Origin: Macrostomum lignano
Lineage: Eukaryota
Direction: 5' to 3'
Assembly (NCBI GenBank): GCA_002269645.1
Contig: NIVC01001037.1
Coordinates: 311,632-375,631 of the forward strand
Length of the DNA: 64,000 bases
The notes below the pieces were generated by a model. It saw only the letters and a list, made by a program, of their open reading frames with translations, was not told where the DNA came from and ran no database searches. Made by a program: the position numbers and the translations under genes. Shown in pieces: positions 1-10,725 of this stretch (position 1 is its first letter; each line of letters begins with the position of its first letter).

Positions 1-86
1 TATGTCCGGGAAAGTGATCGATTAAATCCTGCAAAATAAAATCTATGTCAATAACCTCCCTGAAAGTGAGCTTTAAAGTGGTTTAT

Positions 87-970
<884 letters not shown>

Positions 971-1323
971 CTTTTACGCCGAGGTGCGTAGCGCCTCGTG
1001 TATTAAAGTGTATTAAAGCCCAAGAAAAGCATAGAGGCCGTCTCTAAAGCAAGTAAAAGACAGTCCTAAAATTTTGTTCTTTTGGTCTAAAGGCTGGATC
1101 GATTTTATATGGTGCTTTAACCATAGGCAAAAAATTAGTTATTTTTATCACGAGAAAGGCCCCATGTTTATAATACCAAAATCGTTGATGGTTTTCACTT
1201 GTCACTTGTCATTTGTCACTTGTCACTTGTCATTCGTCAGCTTGTCACTTGTATTATTAATGAAATAGGCCCCAGGTATTTTTTAAGCAGTGATCTATAA
1301 AATCTAGTGTTTTATGCATGTCC

Positions 1324-1447
1324 ACTTACATGCCATACGCTCCTGACCGCTATGATAAACTCTACTTACATGTCATGCGCTCCTGACCGCTATGATAAAC
1401 TCTACTTACATGTCATGCGCTCCTGACCGCTATGATAAACTCTACTT
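1324..1447 (+). repeat. 40-bp tandem repeat ACTTACATGTCATGCGCTCCTGACCGCTATGATAAACTCT, about 3 copies, resuming at 2670-2725 after an insertion
   Basis: Direct reading; the array is interrupted by the 1448-2669 insert. Confidence 0.9.
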
Positions 1448-2669
1448 GTTTTTGTTTGTTAAACGAAAGGGTCCTAAGGGGGACCCGCGGATCAGCCACA
1501 TGGAAGGGCTCTGCCGCGAGGGGCACTGCCAGGGGCACAGCAATAGCTGTTTATAGAGCCCGAGATACCCCGAGAGAGATGGAGATTGGGCCCGGCATAA
1601 AGCGCGGGAGGGCGAAGTTGACCCAAGCCTACGGTACAAGACACCGCCAAACCAACAGTGGAATCAGGGACGGTGCTAGGACCGAATCCACCCAGGCTAC
1701 CCCCCCCCCAGTCCAAGAGCGGGGAAACCCAGAAGTCTTGGAAAGGGCTAACTATTGGAGCGAGTCTGGAAGGCTTGTATCCGAGGGGGAGACTCTAGGC
1801 GGACTCGGAACACCTCTATTGCTGCCAACCCAAGGGCATCGCCTATCCAGCTCATTATTGGGGGCCAGGCCAAGGGGTCGGGAAGAGGCACCAGGGGCAA
1901 GAGGACACCAGACTCAGCCGGTTGTCCCCGGTACGGGACGAACATCCTTCCCAGGACACCAATCCACTGTCAGGATGAGAGCCAGAGACACTCAAGCAGG
2001 GACCGTCAGCAGGAGCCAGTAGATGGACCCAAGGACAGAGCAGGGTGGACCGGGCAGTGGGCAGAGCTCATTACTCCGAAAGATTGGATGGCTACATAGG
2101 CCGGGGTTAGATAAAACCAATACTGTAAAAGGACTAAAACATAACTGGAGGAGCACCTGAACCCACGCAAAAAACCTGCAAAAAACCTGATGGTGGTTGC
2201 TAACCTTTTCGACGATGTGACTTTTCGAGCTTATGATGGTGGTTGCTTGACTTTTCGACGATGTGATTTTCGAGCTTGTGAGTTTTCGAGCTTGTGATGG
2301 TGGTTGCTAAATCAGTTTTCGACGATGTGAGTTTTCGAGCTTGTGAGTTTTCGAGCTTGTGAGTTTTCGAGCTTGTAATGGTGGTTGCTAAACTTTTCGA
2401 CGATATGATTTTTCGAGCTTGTGACGGTGGATGCTTTTCGACGATGTGATTTTTCGAGCTTGTGATGGGCCCCCCAGGGCCGATGGCCAAATTATTGGAG
2501 TACGAAAAAGAATAGGGTTTATTTTTAGACTGGGCACAGCCCCTCCGGGGCGGACCCTTAGTTATTGGGCTAGCCGAAGCTAGGCCAATCGGATTGCGCA
2601 AACCCTTAGACAAGCTACCAGAGAGGCAACCAGGGTAAAAACAGTCAGAGACCGTCTTTACGGCCTTAA
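1448..2669 (-). mobile_element. Non-autonomous retroposon-like insertion with SL-like 5' head, internal tandem repeats, 3' hairpin and A-rich tail
   Basis: 13-bp direct repeat ATAAACTCTACTT at 1435-1447 and 2670-2682. The minus-strand 3' end is hairpin GGGTCC-CCCTTA-GGACCC (1469-1486) followed by TTTCGTTTAACAAACAAAAAC. No recognisable RT ORF. Confidence 0.6.
2186..2466. repeat. Compound short-unit repeat (TTTTCGAGCTTGTGA / TTTTCGACGATGTGA / GATGGTGGTTGCT) inside the insertion
   Basis: Direct reading. Confidence 0.9.
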
Positions 2670-2838
2670 ATAAACTCTACTTACATGTCATACGCTATTG
2701 ACCGCCATAATAAGCTCCGCTTACCATGGCAAATCAAGACCCGTGAAGAAAGCCATTTCTTCATATTCACTGTACTGTCACTACTCAGTAGTCAGTAGTA
2801 GCACTCTGGTTTTTTAGTCCGAAATCAAAGAGACCGCA

Positions 2839-2886
2839 CAAGGACTACTTAACAACTGAGCGTCCTAAGTTGTTAAGTAGTCCTTG
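2839..2886. repeat. Perfect 19-bp inverted repeat with 10-nt loop
   Basis: CAAGGACTACTTAACAACT (2839-2857) and AGTTGTTAAGTAGTCCTTG (2868-2886). Confidence 0.9.
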
Positions 2887-3293
2887 AGACTGCACAGGCT
2901 CACATCACAGAGTGTAACATACTGTAATATGTGTAACCACACGGTCAATATTTAAGATCTTCTCTGGGTCTGCATACATGTATTTATAGCATTTGCTGTT
3001 ATACTAATTTTCTCGTTATAATATGCTTTCCGTTTGACAGTGTCTACATACACCATTCAAATTATGATTTTTGAAAATCCAAAAAGACTCAGATCCATGC
3101 TTTCATAGGTTTGAAATCGAAAATTTTTATTTTCAACTAAGCTGCCGAATACGGGTTCACAGCACGAATGCAATCATTTATTACCAGAAAGGATTAAGTG
3201 GGTCAAAAATGAACTTCTATCCGCCCACGCAAAATTTACCTATAAAATTTGTCCAACAGCCAAAAAACTAGCGCGCAAGGTAGAATCTGAAAA

Positions 3294-3975
3294 ATGGCGG
3301 CCACCACTCACAGAAAAACGCTCAACGAATTCGAAATGGAAGGCGTCGTGTGGAACAACTTTAAATTCCGACCGAGCGATGTTGCGATATTTGCGTGTGT
3401 ACTTTTCCCAGGTGCGGCACAACGCTTACTCAGGAAATTGTGTGGCAGCTTGTTCACCGAGACACCATCAAGCAAGGGGGCAAGTACGCTCCCATTGACC
3501 AACGGTTCCCGTTCCTGGAGTTCAACTACGGTTGGGGAGTCTGGTCCCGTAAAGTGGGGCATCGACAGGTTGGAGTCGGCTAGCGAGGATGAGCAGCGCC
3601 TCATCAAGACGCACGTCCCGTACGCGTTAATTTCGCACAGGTTAAACGAAGTGAAGCCTCGAGTGATTGCCGTGCTGCGCAACCCCAAAGACTGCTGCAA
3701 TTCGCTCTACCACTTCTACAAAGGCCTCGAGATGTACGGGCCCTGGTCGGGAACCTGAGACGAATTTGTTGACATATTCCTGAGCGGCAAGACAATGTGC
3801 GGCGACTACTTTCAGGTTAGTTTTGTGAGGCTTTAACCTGTACAGATGCAAACTTTGATACCGTATTTATTTAATTGCAAACTCCGCGTAATTAGGTCTC
3901 TGCGGACTGGTGGCAGCTCCGGAATGAGCCGAACGTGCTGCTCCTGAAGTACAAAGATCTGGTCAGCGAACCTGG
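3294..3975 (+). pseudogene. Cytosolic sulfotransferase (SULT) pseudogene, 3'-truncated
   Basis: PAPS-binding loop TFPRCGTT, KTH, RNPKD..SLYH, and W..R..PNVLLLKY.DL motifs. Two frame changes (about 3395 and 3555), TGA at 3756-3758 where a Trp is typical, GT-AG intron 3816-3895, and similarity lost after about 3975. Confidence 0.85.
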
Positions 3976-4151
3976 CAACCACCTGGAAATCAACATGTAT
4001 TTAAAATTAGCCAGCATATTCGCGAATGATCGCTGCTTTTACCTACGTTTATAGCTGTCAACGCCTATATAAGTTTTGCGCGCTATGGCCCACGGTTCGA
4101 TACGAGTTATTTCGTGTTACTTCACAAATCATAAAAGTCATTTCAACACTG

Positions 4152-5561
4152 TCATGCTGTAAATTCGATCAGCGGTGTTTCTTCGTTAATCTCCCGATCC
4201 GATGGCTCGTCGTCGATGCAGTCTTCCTGGTCAGAGATGTCGCCTGACAGGAACAGCATTACAGCCATTGGATAAGCCACGAATCGATAGTACGCCGAGC
4301 CAACGATTAGGAATGCAACAATAATCAAATGGTAGACATAGAACAGGGGCGCCCGGCCCTGCGCCGGTTGCAGAACCGGGTTGTCCGCCGGCACGGCGAT
4401 AAGAATCGCTACTAGAGACTGACCGGCCAGAGTAGCGAGGCCCCATACGGTGAAGCCGATTCCCATCACGAACAGCTTGCAGTGGTTTGGCGCAACGCCG
4501 TTCAGTATCTCCAAGGCGGCGATCACGGTCAGCAACTCGGCCGCACCGTCCACTGCGGAGGCGGCCCAGAACACGGCCTGCACAGACAGGGCACGCTGAG
4601 GTGGGGACCGCGAAACTAATATTAAGACGATTTCCACCAGGGCTTTGACAATGATTCCTCCCTGAAGCCGGAGCTCAATGGATATATGCTTGGACGAGCG
4701 GTAGGCAACCAGCATTAGCAGCAGACTCCACGCGATCTGACAACTGACTTTCATTAACTCAGGTGAAACTAAACACTCGTTAGATTGGCCATTAGTGGTG
4801 TTAGTCGAATCAATTGATTCGATGTAGTGACGCATCTCAATAGTGTACACCAAACTTCGACTTCCAGCAACCGAAATTACAAACGGAATCATTGGAGAAA
4901 ATATCTTGAAGTATCGAATCAAACGACCTGTCGTTGGAAATGTGAAACGGGCGCGCCGAGCCAGGTCGTCAGTATTGATGTAGCCCGACATAGCCATGAA
5001 CGATATGCTGGCTACAATGCCAACCAGGGTGTAATAGTTCCCGACTAGCTCCTCAGACATGGGCAGCACAATGCCGATGAACTGGCCAAGCTTCACGGAC
5101 AAAAAGTAGGCACCGCTGAGTATTGTCCAAATCCTGGGCTGAGGGTACCAGCGGTAGATGCAGTACACAATGCATGGCTGCATCAGGCCGTATAGAAGTG
5201 GAATAGGCGACCAGGCTGCCGTAACTAAAGCGCTTGAACTGCAGATAAAATTTAAAAAGATTGCAGCCACAAGAAGGATAGAGGACAGAAGCATCAGGTG
5301 ACCGCAGATGTGAATTACAACCAAGTATCCCATGCAGGCATTAGCTAGCAGCCCGCCAAGCACTGGAAGAAGATACCTGGTGGAATAAATCCAAAAGATT
5401 GCTGTGCCTCGGGAGTCAAAGCACTGATCGCTCAGCCGGCACGTACCGTTTACAGACAAAAAATTCTCTGGGGACAGTATGCCAAGCTGATTGTCCACGA
5501 CCTTGCTGCACATCTTCATAAACAGCACCACCAGAATGTCGACTGTGCTTTCGCGAAGCAT
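4152..5561 (-). CDS. Divergent POT/PTR2 (SLC15-like) MFS transporter, intronless, about 469 aa from ATG 5561
   Basis: About 12 hydrophobic segments. YLLPVLGGLLANACMG resembles POT TM2, and AELLTVIAALEILNGVAP...MGIGF resembles SLC15A3/4 TM10-11. Acidic tail with EETPLI dileucine-type motif. Confidence 0.7.
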   Translation of the reverse strand: MLRESTVDILVVLFMKMCSKVVDNQLGILSPENFLSVNGTCRLSDQCFDSRGTAIFWIYSTRYLLPVLGGLLANACMGYLVVIHICGHLMLLSSILLVAAIFLNFICSSSALVTAAWSPIPLLYGLMQPCIVYCIYRWYPQPRIWTILSGAYFLSVKLGQFIGIVLPMSEELVGNYYTLVGIVASISFMAMSGYINTDDLARRARFTFPTTGRLIRYFKIFSPMIPFVISVAGSRSLVYTIEMRHYIESIDSTNTTNGQSNECLVSPELMKVSCQIAWSLLLMLVAYRSSKHISIELRLQGGIIVKALVEIVLILVSRSPPQRALSVQAVFWAASAVDGAAELLTVIAALEILNGVAPNHCKLFVMGIGFTVWGLATLAGQSLVAILIAVPADNPVLQPAQGRAPLFYVYHLIIVAFLIVGSAYYRFVAYPMAVMLFLSGDISDQEDCIDDEPSDREINEETPLIEFTA

Positions 5562-6169
5562 CGCAAATAAAAAATCAAACTGTAAAGACTTCAATTTAGA
5601 TTGTAGAACGATATACGCTTGATACCAGGCAAGCGACTGAGATTTATATTTTAAACATTGACCACGATACATTGGGTGGATGAGGCTTTAGGGTGGAGAG
5701 CAAGAGCGGCCAGAATGCAGAGCGTACATGAGTAAGAATGTACAGTGAAATATTGTAGAAAGGCGCACGCAACGAAACAGGTAACGAGTAAAACACCACT
5801 CCAAAATTCTGAATAAAAAACAAGCTAACAAAAGTAACAAAAATTTGCCCAGCCAAGTCACCACACAAACGATACAGCTTTGTGTTCGAGCAGGCGTTTT
5901 AAAGCAGGCAAATTAAGGTTAACTATGCAAGGCAGCAAATATATGGACGTTAAAGACGGCATCTATTTTTTGAAAGCAAAATTAGCATCCGAAATGCTAT
6001 AAAGCAGACAATTGGTTTTACAGAACAAATAGCTTGTGCAGAAGCTCACGATGCCGTATTGTCCTTCACGCAAGACTCAGTCTAGCAATAGCCTACCAGT
6101 ACAGCTCATTGTCTAAAAAAGTGTAGAAATGTACAAATCTGCTCTAGCTATACTAGATTAGATAGATTA

Positions 6170-7412
6170 CTCGGAGAATCTAGAGTAGATTCCTATGTAC
6201 CTCTAAGGTGCCTAAGGCAGACCCAAATAACTAGCAGATTCGAAGGCTTACCAGCCGCGATTTTTGGTAGTTCGAACCCCAAACGGCGCCGACAGGGCAG
6301 CGGAATTCTTCCCGTATTTGTATTTCTTCTGGTATTTCGTTTTACACACGGTACTCAGCGGCAGGGGCGCGCAATTCAATGGGCACACAACGCTACAGTA
6401 CAAGTCACCGGGGAGCCACGAGCACGACGAGAATAGGGTGAAGAGTTTATTGGGTGGTGATCAGTCACTCAATAACTCCCACTTCTAGACACTGGGGAAC
6501 AAGTGCCTAGGTATGTACAAATTCAAATAACTCTTACTGGAGCGGCTCCTCTTGTAGTTTGTAGACGTCTGGTTCTTGTAGTAGGCAGCGCTGTCTGACT
6601 TGGCTGAGCTGGGCGGCGGCCGGTTCCGGTGAGCAGCTGTGGTCTCTTGGAGTCTTTACTTTATCTGTGGGTCGACCAACACGAGAGCGAATCAGAATTC
6701 TTGACGGTCCTCGAGCTCGGAATGAACAATAGAACGTGCACGTGCGCCCTTATGAACAATTGAATTCTCTAACTTTCTGTAATAGGTCCTCCTGAAGGGC
6801 GTCTTCTTCGTTACGTCCGAAACGTAACGGATAACTTAATTCAAATCAATAAATCCTCTAGGAATGTATCCTAGGAAACAAGGAGGCCTTTCTCAAATGT
6901 GTCGACAATAAGTGGCTCTCGTAAAATCAACTTATTAGCGCTAGTAACAATTAACTAAATCGGGTAAACGCTTACCAATCTATCCGGATTTCTTCTCTCA
7001 GAGATGAGTCTTCTTTGGTTAACGTATTCCAAAGTCTTCCTTGAGACCGCTCCGAGTCTGAATTTTTGACTCGGATTTTCGCTTATATTTATAGTAAAAT
7101 TTGGGTGAAAAACTGGTTTAAAACCGGTTATTTACTTAGGTCACGTATGTTTGATTAGGAGGTCATGAATGTTTGATCATTACCATATATGGAATTAAGC
7201 AAATAAAATTCCCGAGAACCGGTTTCTTGATCAAATAAACGTCGGTCCTACGTAGGGCTCTGAGTCACTTCTGTTTGCACATGACTCATTAGACTCATAG
7301 AATTTCTAAAAATAGATATGACTCATCATGACTCATTCTAAAAATAGATTGCGAGTTTAAATTAATTTTATTAGAACATTACTTTAAGTAGTGCGTTCTG
7401 ATATAATTTACA
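6170..7412 (-). mobile_element. Possible solo LTR or terminal-repeat relic
   Basis: Minus strand starts TGTAAATT at 7412, followed by a cluster of TGAGTCA/TGACTCA sites, a TATAAATA box near 7090 and AATAAA near 6450. No TSD or CA end found; left boundary uncertain. Confidence 0.3.
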
Positions 7413-9073
7413 GTTCTCTACAAGGGGTCTCACGGGCTCTGAATAAATAGACAGCAAACTGGGGTCGAGGTTGCGGGAGAAAGACGGCTGAGACAGTTCA
7501 TGGGACCAAGATGAGAGGTGCCAGCCAATCACCGAGAGCGCAGCACGGCAGACTGGGACTGGCAGCCAATCAAAACTACTGGGACGGACGCGGCAGCTTG
7601 ACTTACATACAAGAAAAATGGGTGCACTGTGCTACTGAAAAAATGAGTTCATTCAATTCTGTACGCCAGTGGGGAAAGAATACTTGCTAGAAATATGACT
7701 CGCACTGTACTTCGAATATTTTTGATTCCATCACATCTGAAACTTCAGTTCCACTAGGGACAAAAGCTTTGTGTGGGATCTGTGAAAAGTGAGTAGTCGA
7801 TATCATTGGCGGGTCATTGCACAGATTTTTCACAAGTGACAAGTACGAGATAACGATAACGAGGCGCAAGCAATTCCCCAAAGGCTCATTCACACCGCCA
7901 TCAAATGCGTTATCGAGCTGTTTGAAACTTCACTTTTAGCTTGTCACTCACTCGACTCCTAGTCATTGATGGATTCGAGTGCTTTGGTCACAACCGCAGA
8001 TACGAGCTAATAAATTAACTAGATATGCCACTTAGGCATTTACGAGCGTGTACTTGGAAAACAGCTTTCTACTTTCAGTTAAGTTTGCAGGCGTACACAA
8101 CTTGCTAATTGGTTCAGCAATAATGTACATTAGCCAGTCCACTAAAAAGTACATGACAGCTTCAAGGACTTCTCAAGTAACATGTATGCAGGACGCTACA
8201 CTCGAAGTCTATGGTAAATGTCTTGAAGGCAACTTTTCGCCGAAAAATACACTACAGAGATAGGAGGTTTGAATTTTTTTCAGCACAAAAATTGTTATTG
8301 CTTTTGATAGGAGGCAGATATAGTGTTCATCTTTTGATATGTTGTGCCTTTCTTATTGCTCTATCGATATTCTTAAAGCTTTTCGTTCAGAATTAGTTTT
8401 AAAGGCAGGTTTCACCAGAAAAAATACACTACGGAGATAGGAAATTTCACGATTTTCAACACTAAAACAGTGATTGGGTCTGTTAACAGTGTCAGAGAAA
8501 GTTCTAATCACACTATTTTGTGCCTCACATGCTGCTCTAACGACTCATTAATCGATTTTTAATGTTAAATTGGTCTTATTGGAAAAAACGTTTAAAATAA
8601 TGACAAGACCATGAGCCTTGCCCTTGGTTTTAAAAATGTCGCTCCATAAAAATGTGAGCCCCATGTCGCTCACCCTCCTGCGAATATCAATCTGGCTATG
8701 CAACACTCAGCAAGAAGAACAATGCTAATGCCACAATTACAGGTTTAATTATTACTCAAGAATGGGTCCATCAATTCCGCAAACTAACAAGCCTGCAAAA
8801 ATACTTCTGACTCGTATGCAAATTCGTACTTACAAAAATTACTTTTACCTTTAATTCAAGCACTCACTGAACCCCTCCTGGCCCGTCTGTCTGTGCACTC
8901 GTGCTGGATCAGTCACGGCACAGTTGAATACTTTGTAAATGAAAATAATATGACATCAATTTCTCAAGCCAAAAGCTATCAAAGCTCGCTTCATATAATC
9001 TTCGATGTTTGTTTTAAAAGTTTCTGAGAATTTCATACCTTCATTTTAGCTTCAGGCACTCTATAGAAAAACT

Positions 9074-9519
9074 CATCTCAAACTCCGGATGTCTCAAATG
9101 TCCATCTCAAACTCCGGATGTCTCAAATGTCCATCTCAAACTCCGGATGTCTCAAATGTCCATCTCAAACTCCGGAAATCTCAAATGTCCATCTCAAACT
9201 CCGGAAATCTCAAATGTCCATCTCAAACTCCGGAAATCTCAAATGTCCATCTCAAACTCCGGATGTCTCAAATGTCCATCTCAAGCTCCGGAAATCTCAA
9301 ATGTCCATCTCAAACTCCGGATGTCTCAAATGTCCATCTCAAACTCCGGATGTCTCAAATGTCCATTTCAAACTCCGGAAATCTCAAATGTCCATCCCAA
9401 ACTCCGGAAATCTCAAATGTCCATCTCACACTCCGGAAATCTCAAATGTCCACCTCAAACTCAGGAAATCTCAAATGTCCATCTCAAACTCCGGAAATCT
9501 CAAATGTCCATCTCAAACT
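9074..9519 (+). repeat. 29-bp minisatellite CATCTCAAACTCCGGA(TG/AA)TCTCAAATGTC, about 15 copies
   Basis: Direct reading; explains the three overlapping repeat ORFs. Confidence 0.95.
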
Positions 9520-9614
9520 TCAGAGTTAGCGTTCATGAATCTCATTCTTAATTCATTCTATCTTAATCATAGACCATGAAGTTCAACCCATGGAGGAGGA
9601 GAATTCTTTCCTCC

Positions 9615-10142
9615 ATGGTTGAACCAAAGAGTATTGAGGTCGCCTAGTATAGAGTGCCAATAAGGATGAAAATCTGAAGCCGACTTTTAGAATCCACCCA
9701 CCCCTTCCGGTCACCAAGCTTTTTAGTCTATGGCACAAGTTGTGGCTAGAATGGTGTACAAAGCCGATGCTTAAGATTAATACAGATGCATCAGAAACGC
9801 AGTTATTGCAATTAGCTACCGCGCACTTTAGTGGCAAGGCTGTTGTTTTTCAGACGTAAGGGCTATATGGCATGGCTGTTACGGAGTTGTGTATCGACGA
9901 CGGCAACTGAGTCTGGTGACTGAGCGATGTTGTCTTGCTTATTTGATACATGCATTTTCTAAGTGTGAAATGTCTTATATTTCTGAGCATCGGCCTTGTA
10001 CACCATTCTAGCCACAACTTGTGCCATAGACTAAAAAGCTTGGTGACCGGAGGGGGTGGGTGGATTCTAAAAATCGGCTTCAGATTTTCAACCTTATTGG
10101 CACTCTCTACTAGGCGACCTCAATACTCTTTGGTTCAACCAT
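9615..10142. mobile_element. Foldback/MITE-like element C with about 157-bp inverted arms
   Basis: 9615-9771 is the near reverse complement of 9986-10142; arms contain TTTTTAGTCTATGGC. Confidence 0.8.
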
Positions 10143-10411
10143 ACACTGTAGACAAAATCAATCGTGCACTTTATTTTTGTTGTCTTTTCAATTTATAAAA
10201 ATAAATTTCAATCCTGCACCTATGCTGCATTAGACTTCAAGGAGATTTTGCCATAGACAAAATCAGTTCTGCGCGCTAGAGCGTGCAAGATCAGCAATTC
10301 TGCACGCAGAATCAAATAAGAATGGATGAGTTGACAATCTGATACATATATTAGCGAATTATTTCACACTGAAAATCATTATAAGTTTAATTGGCTTTAA
10401 AAACTGAAGAC

Positions 10412-10604
10412 ATGGAGCTCTCAGACGAATGCCGAGACTGCGCCAAGGACAGCACGGATCCGGAGATCACGAAACGCCGCTATCGTTGCATCAATCCGGA
10501 ATGGTTCGCACCCAACATTCGGCTTCGACTGCCGTGCTTCCTGCCCAGGGGATTCTTTCTGATTACACACGAGTGAGTATTGTCTTACAGACAAACAGAC
10601 AGGC

Positions 10605-10685
<81 letters not shown>

Positions 10686-10688
10686 CTA

Positions 10689-10725
<37 letters not shown>

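Noticed and set aside
1432-2099. Plus-strand ORFs in the insert as a DIRS/Ngaro tyrosine recombinase, or minus-strand GSPLGP as an RT motif
   Set aside because: Only vague resemblance; catalytic residues could not be placed.
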